This document shows, piece by piece, positions 14,061 to 28,067 of a stretch of 64,000 bases of DNA. The stretch is taken from assembly GCF_964204645.1 (NCBI RefSeq), contig NC_134027.1, forward strand, positions 8,712,485 through 8,776,484, written 5' to 3'. The notes under the pieces were generated by a model that made no database searches, had not been told where the DNA came from, and worked only from the letters and a program-made list of their open reading frames with translations. Every line of letters starts with the position of its first letter. Positions within the stretch are counted from its first letter, which is position 1. Origin of the DNA: Tubulanus polymorphus. Its lineage: Eukaryota > Animalia > Nemertea. The translations under genes and the position numbers were made by a program.

Positions 14061-15667
14061 AAGTACATCTACACATACAGCTGTTATGATATTCCGATTA
14101 GTTTGGTTGAAAGCACTAGATTAATGATAATTTTCTCTTGTTTTTGTTGTAATTATTTTGAATATGAACAAATATAGTGCATATATCCTTCTGGCATTTT
14201 TCCTCTGGCATTCTAACCTCTAGTAGTATTACACCCCTGGCATTTTTACCTCTGACATTTTACTTCTGGTATTATTACATATGGCATTATTATACCGTGT
14301 ACCCATTCCGGTCCAATGCACAATAGATTCAAATCAGTTTGACCGTTATTTTCACGCTTTCTCAATGTAGTTCATGCAGATTCACTTCGTTACTTATGAT
14401 GCCTTCTCACAATGAAAAGATACAGTTCCATCAACCAAAATACGCTAGAAATCTCAATCTCATATACTACAATAATGCAGGGCATATAAATTGTAAACGC
14501 GGGAGAGAGAAACCCGCAGTAAATCTTCATCTCAGACAATCCAGACGGCAAAGCCACATTTGACGATTTGTATATTACCAACCGCCATCTATCACAATAA
14601 CACTGGCAGTACCGATCTGGTTGATTTCGCCAACGTAAAAACAGTTTATTGCACTGTGCCCTGTTATCAAGAATAGTCTGCACAAAAATTCGGGATAGGT
14701 TAACCGAGAGAGATAAAGCATTTCATCAAGAATCAAGAAAATTCTTGAGATAAAAAGTCTCACTTTGTCTGAATATCTCACGTAAGAGCCGTCACATTGC
14801 GTACATGATGTAACGACTGATAAAATAAACACATTTTAACACGTGTATATTATGCTTGTATTTCTAAAACACTTCGAAAGTTAGGCTTTTTTAAATTACT
14901 TTGAGTACGGATCCACCTCCCAGAATTCTGCGAAAAAAATCAAATTGAAAAAAAAATCTTTTTAGTCATCCATCGTATTTTCATCACAATTTTTTCTTTT
15001 TCGATATTTTTTTAATCTTTTAAATTCTGGAATTTGGTTTTTTAACTTTTAACTGTTCTCCTCGTCGGAGTGTTGCTATTCTACCAAGTAGTAACAAAGT
15101 TGGGTGACACTGCTGAACGACATGGTTCAGAGATTTTTGTTACCCCCCGCCGCGCTCAAATCCGGCAGAAGATAAAATATTCATCGCGCCCACAATTTTC
15201 TGTTTCGCGGCAACCGTAGAAACACTCGCATCATGGAACGTGACTGAAATTAAAACCACCACCTACCCCTGACACTTAACGCATAACGAAACCCACTTAT
15301 ACATGACTGAGGGCGTCGGCCACCTTGACCTTCGAGACGAAACTGCTACATTCAAAAGCTTTACCCAAACAACATAATGGTTTATCTTGCATGGTACTGC
15401 GTTTACTGGATAAGGCATATAAGGCAATGGCAATATTTGTGATATTCAAAGTTCAGATAGTGTCTTCTAAGTTTGTCTTGGCTTCAAGCTTGTCTTCTTA
15501 GGATTGTTTATAGAATAGAACCGGTAAGCCTATAGACACATTCTCGTCTATATACCTGATAGTGAACGATAACAACAATAGAAATGATACAAATAATGCT
15601 AATCAATAGATTGCCAGAGTCAATGCAAGTGAGATGATACGAAATAAAAAGCCAAATTTCTCCTTAC

Positions 15668-16709
15668 CTATCCAATGACTGCGTTTCTTTCGTATTCCTG
15701 TGCGTGTAAAAGCTGTGGTCAAAAGTATCGTCATCCGAGTCATCACTATAACTGCCCGGACAACCAGTAGAGCGTTGTGGTGTTTCGTTCGAGTACGGTC
15801 CGACAACGCATGATTGAGATCGTATTTTACCACCGGGCGTCAACTGCCCATTTATTTTACTAAAATATTCGTTGCTTAGATTGTTCGGCACGTTTAACGA
15901 TTTCGGTCTCTCGATTGTCGGCGTTTTTCGCCTCCGCCTCGCCGGAGGTATCACAGTAATGGTCGGCTCGGACCCGCGCGTCGGCGTTCGTCCGGACGGT
16001 GGCTTTTTTCTCGGCGGTGCGACCGGCGAACAGGCTCCCGCCGCGACGTCGTTCATAGCGGCTGACATGTTCGGTCCGTTCTGGATCGAAATGTCACACT
16101 GCACAGCCATATCATGTTGCCAAGGAAATCTCTGCTCATTGATGGGACCACTGATGTCCACGTTTGAAAGGGTATCGTGTGAAACCGCTGTTCGTAGGCG
16201 TCCATCACAACCGGCGCTGCTACGCGAACCGCCTTTTACCTCGTCAGCATTGGTACCGATTTTCGCATCGAAGCTATTCGTCGTTACTGTTTTGATTTTC
16301 GGTTTCGACGGCAGCGTATTGCCGCCAGACGAGGAAAACCGCGGTATAAACGTCGATAATCGTAAACTTCCTTTTTTGCTTCCGTTTTCGCTTTTGTTGC
16401 CGGCGTCCGTCATCTTCGCCGTCGACGAGGATCTAGTGGTTTTTCGTTTCGCGTCGCTGGGATCTGTTTCCTGGTGCGTTGGCGTGAACGCGTTCGTTAT
16501 GCATTCGGTACTCTTCGAGAAGACGTTTTTGCGTAATTTCGCCGCCGTTCTGTATCTGTTGACGGGCGGCGGCTGTTGCTGGTGACGTAGATCTTCGACG
16601 GACGACGACAAGTTCGTAGCTAATCGCGTGAAGGCCGGATGCTGAATTTTGCCGTGTTCGTGATGTTCGGCATCTTGTTGGCAATGCTGTTTTTGCGGAA
16701 GCGGATCAA
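15668..16709 (-). CDS. Large internal exon of an unidentified protein (disordered, Ser/Pro/Arg-rich)
   Basis: Acceptor ttttcgtttcAG (16711-16710) and donor GTAAGG (15667). The frame is open for 1042 nt (xDPLPQKQH...QSLDR), phase 1 to phase 2. Contains PVAPPRKK and IPPARRRR. Confidence 0.8.
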
Positions 16710-19700
16710 CTGAAACGAAAAGATATTACACAACGAATTATAACTCGACTCGAGTGCGGAGGCATCACCAGAAAATGTGCGGCATTAGAAAGGCACCTGT
16801 GACGAGCAATGAAGAAGAAAAGAAAACGATGAGCAATAAACGTTTAGATCATTATCTCGTTTTTTTTCAGTAAACATTAATACTCGATTTATCATACCGT
16901 TATCCAGCAACACTATTACACGAGTGTAGTCGGTTTTCTATGTAATCATAGGGTGTGTCAATGCAGAATCATTAATCACATTCATAAAACAAGTAAAATG
17001 GTGTAATTAACGTATTTTGTATCGTTCGTTATCATTTTCTCGGCCACACCCTGACCACCGTCTGTCTCAGGCATACAAAGGCGTCATTGTACAGTGATAT
17101 ACGTGAATGTCTAGATAAAATCACTTTCATCGAAGTTCCTCAAAAATTCATTGCTTCAACTCCTCGGTTTTCATAAGATGATATACGTATACAGCTATAA
17201 GGCTAGAAAGGTGATTACTCGTTTCTCATTTCTGTTCAGCGTAAAAGTAATAACCCTGCCGACCGGTTGTATGTACCTGCCGACCAGAGTACATGAGTTT
17301 TAAGAATTATGATCAAGCTAACAAAACCTGGCAGTTATATGAATTATAAATTTCATTGCAATTTACAAAAGTGGCCCGGCTGATTTTATGAGATGTAAGA
17401 ATACTTTATTCTCGCTAATAACACATACGTAATATACACACTTTATATATAAATATATTGGGAAAAAATGATACGGAACTCCAACAGAGAGATCAGGGGA
17501 AGCATATATGAGTAGATCAGCCAGCTGGTGGCCGGGATGGCAGAAATCAATTGTCGAGATTCACTGCGTCACAGTAGTGATCTCAATTACTGCGAGTCGT
17601 TCCAGCGTTGGTCATTATTAGAAGTGACAGTTTCGTTGTTGCATATCACATAATTAGAAGCCCTTCAACGTAGAAGGAAGATAGTGCGTGAAGTGGCGGA
17701 TGAACGCGTTTACCCACGGTAGAACAACATCATAAGATAATTGATATAATTGTTAAGATACGGACAGAAGGAAAATAAACCCTATTTCGATTATTAACTA
17801 TGTAGATGTGGAAGTGAAAATGGCTAAATCTTTCACGACGTGAATCTAACCAAACAATAGTTCATTGCAGAATCTAACCCAACAACACCAACAGTTCATC
17901 GCAGAAAATCTCAATCGCCAGGAAGGGAAAGGAAATTTTACTAATATAAGAAATAAATATCCAGCAGCTCTGTAGTAAGCCGAGAACATTCGAAGGTCCT
18001 ACGAACTGAAGTTGTACCAGCTCGACCCTTCTTTTAGAACGAAAGAGTTATGTCAACAACCACTTCGGGGTAACGAAATAAAGAGCATGCTTGATCAGTG
18101 CATGCACTTGTAGCAAGTATCCTTTGAACGAATCCACTTCTTGAAATGGCGAAAAGAAAGGCGCACAATTGCCGTTCTTTTATTATATCCTAGCAAGGTT
18201 TTTTCTTTATGATATCTAGCGAACCAAAAAATTCGGGAATTCTCGAAATGGAAAACAAGAACGTGATCATCCTCAATCGAACGATGGAATGATGTGGTAT
18301 TCCGGGCCTCCTTGATCCGAAGGCCGGCATTCCTCGTGGATCAAATGAAATCAATTTTTGAAATAGATTGATCTACGATGTAAATCGATCGATTGACACG
18401 CTAGAATTTGGTATATTATGGCGTGAAAGTGTGTGTCCGAATGGAAGGTTTCAGTAGAAAACTAACCGGTCACCCACGCATATACATTTTTAGCGTTGCT
18501 ACGCGCGGCACTCTACGACACTTCTTGGCACTTCACCGTCTCGGATATATTGTATAACTTAACAATAGATAGACAACTTCTATATACCCTTGATATCTTG
18601 CCATGTGTTTACATATTATTTTGATGCTTCACTTTTCGATGGAAACGTAATATCGTAGTCGGGGCCGCTTGCAAGTAGAAGTGCATTTACGTAGAGCAGT
18701 TCACATGACGACATAGCTTGGAAACCGTGATAAAAAACCCGTTTGCGTAATACACGTATGATATGTATATACGTTCATTTAAATTTCAAATTCCCAGCTT
18801 ATGATCTATTTATACGCAAGTTGTAATTCTCTATTCAAGCTTATAAATTTTAAAAAGCTTCGCGGTTTGTCGACAAGAAATAATATTGAATACAAATTGC
18901 AAATATGAACATGTATATGAATATTAAGTCGATAGACATCATGATTCCACCAAAAATCTCCGCGCCGGATGATGGTTAACCTAAAAACGTCGCAGAATAT
19001 GAATATCCAGCTGTGGCTTCAGGTTGTTACAGTGCAATACAGACGGGCCTGCACACTGAGATAGTCAGATGTTATTTAGTATTATCTGGTACACACTTCC
19101 CGATCGATTCAATTGATTAATTTGATTTCCGATGATCCTTGTGCGACACATTTTTTTTCAAAACAAATCGCGCCGACGAAAACATGGTGGCATTCTCAAC
19201 AGACGTATAGAGCGTGTTCGTCTGCCACAAGGCGAGACTAAAAAATTTAATGGCGAATCGTTGAAAAATGAATAAACCTTTTAAAATCGTGACTTCAAAA
19301 ACCGGCTTTTATTCAACATTTGACTCACGTTCACCGGTTCGTCGCGGACGTTTACAAAAGGCAGCGAAAATATGCTATTTACTAATATGTTTAGATTTCT
19401 AAGCATTGGATCTTTTCTTTTCGTATCATTATTTACATCATAGACGCTATAGTGTACATAAAGGCGATGTTGAGCGTTTTTTAAGTGTTCATTATCAACG
19501 AAGTGTTACCTGGAATTTGCACTGCGCGCGTGTAGACGCAATATATCGGGTATATCCTCTTTCCATGGGAACCGCCAAGATAACTGTACGAAAAACACTA
19601 CGCATTTCGATGAAATAATTTTGATGAACAATTACAAATACGCTACTCATCAAAAGGATTCGTTCGTCGAAATCAGGTTAACCGTTTCATTTTCATTTTT

Positions 19701-21359
19701 CATTTTGCAATTTATTTAGTTAAATCATAGAACCGAAGTATAAACGGAGTTCTATGGTCAAATGACAAGCACACACAATAAAATTTATCGATTATATGGA
19801 CATTTTAGACCCTATGATTAAAAACAAATGCTATGTTATGTACTATCGAAAGAGTTAACAACACTGATGCTAAAAGCAAGACCAAGAATTCCATTATTTC
19901 TTAATTGATTTATTTACCTTCTGATCGACGGCTTCGCGACGAGTCATCCAATTTTCGGAAACTTACTAAAAGCGCCATAATCCACTTTCAAAATTACCCG
20001 CATATGTTATGTGTATGCATAGATCCTTATGCACAGCGGACTCTTAATAAGAGCTCACAGGAAACAATACAAAACCGCGAAAGAACTCCGTCATAGCGGC
20101 CGCATATTTTTCGTATTGATCCTCGTGACTACGATTTCCTCGGTAAAATCAGATAACAAATAAACCGAATTGGTGATAGTAGTCAGCATCCCATTACGAA
20201 TACGAAAGAACATAAGTGCGGTTAAAGATACGTGCACAGCAGAGCGAGCGCGATCGGGGTCAAAGCTGAAAGAACACCCGCTCGTCACGGCCGACCAATT
20301 TCACTTGGGTGTCGGCGTGTAAAAAACCCGCGCAAGCCGCTCGTTTTTAACAAAGCCTTGTCAAAACTGTCGACAAAGTTATCTGATAAACGGCGCTGCC
20401 TTTCATTTGGTCCTCGAGTGTTGTAATGAAATATGCATGACTCGTGTTGTAACTACTTGTATGAGAAATATGTCAATACGGAAAATTGCAAGTGTGTTTC
20501 ACCGAGGAGAGGAGATGATTGATATATTTTTCGGCAGCATTACAATTTGTATAGTTCATAACTGAAATATTATCGAGACATGATCTCGTAGAATGGACGT
20601 AAACGCGCGATATTATATTGGATATCCGTTTAGTTCGTTTCCGGAATCGAAATCCGTTTGACTAGATTTCACCCCCGTCTGTGGGAGATGATCGCTAGAA
20701 CAAATTAGAAGGGGAACCGATTATCAAAGTTGAGATGCTTGGAAGAAATCGAGGTCACGTATAGACTAAGGGACTGGTATCAACTTTAACCCTGACGGGC
20801 TAGCTCGACTGAAAATGAATTGAGCTAGTCCCGGATTAAAGTTAACTCTTTTCAGTGGGCGGGATAGTATTTACATTAAGAATGTATCGGGCCCAATTCC
20901 CGACCACCTTCATACTAGTTGTTGACTTTAAAAGGTGCTTTATGCCTTAAGGGCTAATACCAGTCTATAAAACCGATCCCTGAGGATATCAGGCATCCAC
21001 GTGTATCTGTCGGAGGCATCACACTATATTCAATCGAGATCTTGAGCTGGGCGTTTCATCGCGTGGCAATACTTCCAGCATGGAGCGACTCAAACTAATA
21101 TTATTCATACGTTTTTTTTTCAATTCACATCAAACAGCACGACATTCCCTTTTTTCCTTTCGGACCAAAATCAATGAAACGAATCCGAGCGACATATTGC
21201 GATATCAAGCTGATATCATAACGAACGCGCAGCTGCCGTACGCTGTCATTGCCGAAGATGTCAGCTAAAGTTATCCCCTTCCTTCGCATCGGAGTTGATC
21301 GATGATTTTCACGTGTTAACTCGACTCGACCTGAAGAAGAATTGTCATCTTCCTAGACG

Positions 21360-21712
21360 ATGTACATTATTTTGACGACATCAAAACCGTTACAATAATG
21401 TTTAAATACATTGATACGTGTATGTATTATTCATTGGGTCCCGTGCGAGTCAATGTGCACTACGTCATCAAAATTGGAGTTTCAAAATAACAATTAAATG
21501 AATTTTGGCGTTGATCTTGTAATTGAATGTATTTCATAACTCGTATTTTATTTATGCTAAACTTTGATGATTATTGTTGAGAGGATGTGCGCGCAATATA
21601 TCGGAATTTTGGCGTCCGTTTTGTTATACATTTCATAACTCTTATTGTTTTTTTCATAAATTTTGATAACTATTTTGAGAGGACGTGCACTACGTCAGCG
21701 ATATATCGGGGC
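21360..21712 (+). repeat. Dispersed repeat with internal duplication
   Basis: Diverged reverse-complement copy at ~48580-48836; shared gtgcactacgtc and aattttggcgt motifs. Confidence 0.7.
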
Positions 21713-23239
21713 GATATATAGACTGGCTGGATTCAATTCAATTATCAATATATTCAAATCCAAAATAACTAAATTGATCCTTGATATCATGTAATTCACA
21801 TTATACTATTAATTGAAGACAATATTAAGCAATATGTGTTATTTTTCAAGGCACCACGAAACTTTCGTTAGTTTTCTTGATCATGATCATTTTCCGCGAG
21901 GAAGGTCGGGCCTGCACCCTACTAAAATTGCGATGTGGGATCGAAGTGACTTTTTTCAGACGATATGCTTTTATTGTAACGCATATGAAAAGTACTGATT
22001 AAAAATCGCTGCCAATTCGGGTTCACTTCAAAGTCAACAATCATGGCTTTTTGAACGAGACCTGTCACGTATTCAATAAAGAAGCGCTTCTAACCGGATA
22101 AAAGAAATAATACAAAATCAACTTTCATTGTCAAATCGGTCCCCATCATGAGCCACCAGCAGTTTTTTTAAAATGAAAACATGTACGTAATGGATATAAC
22201 TCGCACGTAATTCAATCACGGACACATATATTACTGATGATTAATCCAACCATTGCAGGGATGCATTTGTTTGCTCACTTTCGATTCGAAAAGAATGTGC
22301 ATTCCCTTTCGTGTGAAGACGGGGCCGTAAAGCAATGTCTACATTATAAAGAATCAATGTAGATATCGGGAATGAAAGTTACCAATTCATTGTTATGTTT
22401 TCGCATTCCAAAACTTGGTTTAATTAGACGTCTATAGCATAGGCCTTACTCTGTTCATACGTAAATTCTAACTGTTGATTCTATTGGAGGGATTATACAC
22501 CCTTGTCACGAACTGGTCGTTTAAAAGGTACGGTGTGGTGTTACCTTACGTAGAATGGATCCGACCAACTCAGATATATTTCGGATATATCTACGCATTT
22601 TAAGACTGAAGAAGGGTGGCAGTAACCACCCGAAATAGTTCCAGTAATTTTCAAATGAACTGTTAATATCTACAATATAATATAAAATATATAATACATA
22701 ATATATAAGACTGCTAGAATGGTAAACGGTGTTGTTAAAATAAAATGTTTCCGTCAATGAAAAGTGTCACAGCATATGTAAAAATAAAGGTGATTTTAGT
22801 ACCATCCTTAAGTCCGTGTTGAGCATGTATTTCAAACATCTGCGCAACGTGAAATATGACTCTTCTTTCGGTTAAACATTCGATGACCTAGAAAGCTAAC
22901 AACGATATCCAGGAAATTTAATGTCATCAGACGTACTAGTGCTATCAAAATCGAACAGACCTATGTAAAATTATACTCGTTCGGATTCGCGATAAAATTC
23001 GGATCCGCTAGTATGAATTAAAGCCCCCAGGCTTTAAATTGTAATCATAATCATAAGTATCGTAATATAATGATCCTGCTTTAATCTAGCTCGAAATTAA
23101 AAATTATCGACGGGGGTCCATGTCTTAGGGCAAAAGTAATACGCTACGTACTGTGCAATATATAATAACATGATTAATCGTTCATATTGAGATGAGCCTC
23201 GAGAATCTTGTTATCGTATCGAGGGTCTACGTTCGACTG

Positions 23240-23297
23240 AGGAGTCCGCATTGGGCAAGCGAGGATCCACCAGGTTCGCTAGTGTGCATTCGGACGA
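23240..23297 (+). repeat. Short dispersed repeat
   Basis: gaggagtcc...gcgaggatccaccaggttcgct recurs in diverged form at ~58237-58292. Confidence 0.55.
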
Positions 23298-26200
23298 CGA
23301 CACTCTAATCGCACTACAGATATGAACCCTAAAGATCAATCCGAGTTGAGCAAGAGGCATGATTTGCCGTAGGATGTCAGAGGTTAAAAATCAAAATATT
23401 GACTGAGTGTGTAGATACGCATGCCATCTAGTGAGATAGCTAGTGGCATGGAGTCCAAAGAATACAATTTTACCGGTTAGTTACCCTTTCTATCGCAAGA
23501 GATCGTTCCTGAGTCGAGAATAGAGACGAATGTAAATCAGTGTAAATGAAAAGATATCTGTATAAATGATACGATCATTTTTTTCCGGTAAACCTTCTGA
23601 TCGATATCGTCACAAAGCCATGTATACCTGATGAAACCTTCAACAGTTCACAGCGCAGCGCCATTTCCATCACATTGCGTCGTCGTTTCTTCATATCCAT
23701 TTTTCCACTGGGGTTGTTTTTATCGTCGGTATAAATTTCACAGTTCACGTGTAACTAGATGATGTCCGCGTGAAACAGAACGCGTTCGATTGTACAGATT
23801 AAAGTTGCACTAGCAGGCCACACGTGGTAAACCGTACAGTCTGGAGGCGTCGTTCGCGTTCGGAAAAGGACACCTGGCTCTTACTCAATACAACAACACA
23901 ATCATCATTAGGGTACGTTATTACAACCGCATTTGTTATAGATCTGTGTCAACACATCCGGTGCATACTGTTAGTACCCGCAACGAAGAACGAAATATCT
24001 TGTAATCAGTGGGCATATAGTTATATTGCCACGTTTAAACGTTTATATTTGAGGTGCTTAAGATGCCCGGAATGAGATTAGGATTAAAAAGTGGCGACAG
24101 CTGGCCTGCCATATTCAGAGCCCGCTGCAATAATTGAAATTAACAAAACTATCTTTATTCAATGTAGGGATAGGGATTGTCGCGTACAGACAAGTCGCAG
24201 ATGTCCAATATACAAATAATATTTTAATGGTATGCAAGATTTAAAGCGCTCATAGGGATTTCTAGCCAAGTCGACTGTACAGTGAAATGAAAATCAGTAT
24301 ATTTTATGATACACATATGTACCATTTAAGTTTAAGAGTCATTCTGTTTTACAGTGCTATCATTATGTTACTCGTCGAAGGAAACTTAATATTTCAAATA
24401 ATGAAAAGACATTTCACCGGTGGCCACATTCACCGGTGGAATAAAATCAACTATTTTATTATACTCGGCAAATAAAGCGTTAATTGTGTTCAGTCAAAAC
24501 TAAGTTCTTTTCTCGTTGCAGTAAAGCATTGTGAAACCGGAACGGTTTAACGCCGCGCCACAATTAGAAAACAATTAACCTCACGATGACTCCAAAAATT
24601 AAATGGGGAACATATTAAATCTTGTGTGCGTTTATTACTTACAACGAATCAAATCCAATGCAGCGAGAACGGTGGTTTTGGCTATGATTTGATTTGTTTG
24701 TCAAAACCTTTGATCATTCGTTTTATTTTCAAGATAATTTTTCGTTATATTTTCAGAATATATAAAATGTATGTTTTAATTATTTACACGGCAATTACAT
24801 GGTTAAATCCGACAATATCACAGAAATGTTGTAAGATTTCATTTGCGAGATTTAACGATGTACATGTGCTACAGTCTTGCGATGCATTGAGGTTCGAAAT
24901 TAAATTTTTTATGTTAATTTAAATGATCAATTTTTTTCTGATTTTTACGTGGCACACATTAACATTCTAAATTTTTCAATACTAGGGAATGTTCTATGAA
25001 TACTGTTTTACATTTAAGTTCCTCGACTCGGTTAGGATTACATCGGACATTTCGCAGCCCAAGGCGTTCGGCAAAAAACATTTTACTCGAATTCCAATAC
25101 GATGCATGGTTCCCTACAGGGAGGAATGAATCACCGTTAAATCATTGATTTCGCGAACAACTTAATTTTCCGCACCAGGGAAATTACGTATATCGTATTT
25201 AATCATTTTAATTCTGTACAGAAATCCATAATATCACATACCCGAGGTCCCACCACGGGGGTTACGGGATCAGCATGGCATGAGTTTTAGATTTAACTAA
25301 CCGAGATATTTACATTGACTTCGGTTTCGAGCAATCTAGATGCATATTGTATATAGATAATTTTACACGCGCGGGAAGAACCACGTTGTTGAATATATCT
25401 ATTTTTTATGCTAATTCAAAATTTGTATTTGATAAGTGAACGATAAATACCTGTACGAGTAAACGTTACGTTGCCGATTCCGTATCTGCTTAAAGCTTTC
25501 GTTATGCTCGTCATAGAAGCCGGCATGGCGATCAGATGATAACGCAAAGACGAAATTTCAAATTCGGTGCCAAATTTCGACAGTAATGTTATGAGTATCA
25601 GCGTACACTTGAATAATTAACGAATTATCAAGTACACGTAAATTGTCCGTAGTCGTGCGTGCGTATACGGACTGTTTAGTAACAAATTAATCTTTACGCG
25701 AAAAGCCACGGATTTTCGTTTACTGAAAACGCCTTCACACGTCTCAAATCCGTTCACCACTCTGCGTAAGGTAATAGATCTACGCGCGGCGCACAAAAAC
25801 ACGTATATATCTTTTCTCAAACTTTTTACACCTTATATATCATCGGCGTAATAATAATACCAGCTAGGTCTTTTCCTTATGAATTAATGGTCGTATGGTT
25901 ATTTATTCGGCATTCTGCACGAATATTTTATGAGAGAAAAAACATTCGCGTTGTCACGCGCATTCCGGGTAGCTATAATTTGCCAGTAAATCCTATTGAA
26001 AGTGAACGAGAACAATTTGTCGGGGACCTGTCTGATATTAACAGGGAACCTTGATTCTATATACGATGATTTCGACTGTCATTCGGAGCCATAAGGTTCT
26101 TAGAAACGATAGTACTTAGATTTACCGGTTCGGTTAATGTGTGAATTCGAAAAGGATTTTCTCTCTCCATTCACAGTAGGTTGTTCTCATCAAACTCTAA

Positions 26201-26428
26201 TTATCGACGTAGATGAAATAGTGATAGAATATAGGATTGAAAATGCGTAGACATAGCACTCGGTAGATACGGCTAAACTACTTATTTCGGGTCACATCAA
26301 CGATCGATTTTATAATGATTAATAATTCACTTTTTTGAATGAAAATGTTTATCCCGTAGATTTATCTTTGTGTTTCTGTGTTATGGAGAAGTGGTTTCTG
26401 GTACAGTAGAAAGGGACAAAGACCTTAC

Positions 26429-26606
26429 CGGAATTAGAGTCGTTCTCAACACACGTCGAGTTTCGGCGTCCGTATCGTTGTAAAACAATATCCACAGCCA
26501 CCGAATAACGCGGTTTATCCACGTCGAATCCGTGTCGCTTGAAACCGACGAAAGCGCTGGGTGACTGCAGCTCCATTTTACCCATCAGCTCAAGATCCGA
26601 AATCAT
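26429..26606 (-). CDS. Candidate alternative first coding exon of the 15668-16709 gene
   Basis: ATG-initiated MISDLELMGK...NDSNS, ending G|GTAAGG, phase 1. Confidence 0.45.
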
Positions 26607-27994
26607 AAATGTGTATCCATCTAAAAACGGCCGAACGTTGTCCCATTACTCTTTCTAACCCGAGTAACAACATATTCCTATCCAGTCCAGAAGTCGTCGG
26701 CTGGTATATCGGCTGCCGTATCCGCATTGCTGACCCGGGCTAGTTAGGTTTGGTTTTTTTTCTTCCCCGAACAATATTCACATTTATCGCCGCGAGATTT
26801 CCATCAGGCATCTGCCAATATGACAAATACGGTTTTGCTTTGTGACAAAACTATTCAATTCAATTATAGCTCTGTTTCCAGTCGTAAACGCGGAAAACGA
26901 TAGAAGATTCGATTGACACGTGCGTCTTATTTCATTAAGAAATACAGTCGCAGCGGTAAGATCACATTCAATCTATATACAGCCGTATGGAAACGTGATA
27001 CAAATTGTGTAACGAATGCCCGAGATCATTTACACATTCAAATATATACATGAGAGTTTTGACACACATTTTTTGGCGGCGTTTTAATTAAAAAGAGAAA
27101 TCTGATACGGTAAAGTAGTCGGTTTTCGATACGTCGGTGGTATCTCTTTTACCTGGTAGCGCAAACAGAAATCGCCATGTATATTGATAAATACCCAAGC
27201 GGTAAGCGCGTCACCGAACGCCAATAAAAACCGATATTCTCCGAATACTCCTCGTTCACTAATGCATCGCCTCTAACAATCTTGATAGTATGGCGGATTT
27301 CACCGAATTTAGAGCAGCAGCCGCGTAGATGAGCTCTGCAAACACGAGCGACACTGATATAACACAATTCGCGATATTCAGACCGAATTCCTCTGTAAAT
27401 ATTTACTGTTCTTCTATATATATATATACATATATATATATGAGAATTCCGAAGATTTATTGCAATCACTGCAATTGCGCTGGGACCTTTTGCCGGCAAT
27501 GCATTCGATGAATTGTTGTGCGCGATGTTTTTACTACTAACATAGATAGCGGACGAAGCCCCCGTTATTCCAGAGTTACCGCAGAACAGGTGCATCTAAT
27601 GCGATTGTATATAGATATTGTGACATGTAAAAATAGCATTTTGTGACCGTGTGTTACATATGCCAAACTACATTATGATATCGTCGAGACCTTCCGAAAC
27701 GCTTTCTTTTTAACAGACACTCTCACGAACTACTCGAAAAGGGATACTAAATTTATACACTTAAGAATGAAAGGAGCAATATGCAATATGTACAACGCAG
27801 GTGATCTCAGTTATGAAAATACATAAGTTAATATAACTTCCATTACATTACACGACGAATAAAAATCACTTGATATGCAAAAACAGACAATAAATCCGAA
27901 TATTAGTTGTGAATGTAAACCCATATATATCAGGCATATGTGCAAATTGATAAAAGATTTTTTTAAAACCTGAAATCAATAAAACTCAGTTTAC

Positions 27995-28067
27995 CTTTGG
28001 GTTCTTTGGTCATTTCGCTCTGCGTCCAAGAAGATGGTATTCCCAAAAAGGACCTGACTCGCTTCAT
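27995..28067 (-). CDS. Candidate alternative first coding exon
   Basis: MKRVRSFLGIPSSWTQSEMTKEPK then AAG|GTAAAC, phase 1; CpG-rich sequence upstream (~28200-28560). Confidence 0.45.

Larger units (their letters stand above)
8346..15010 (+). repeat. Tandem segmental duplication, unit 2
   Basis: Head-to-tail paralogue of unit 1, including the TLR gene, 3' flank, LINE fragment and 15-bp minisatellite. Confidence 0.9.

Noticed and set aside
15872-16585. 237-aa plus-strand ORF
   Set aside because: Antisense shadow of the GC-rich minus-strand exon.
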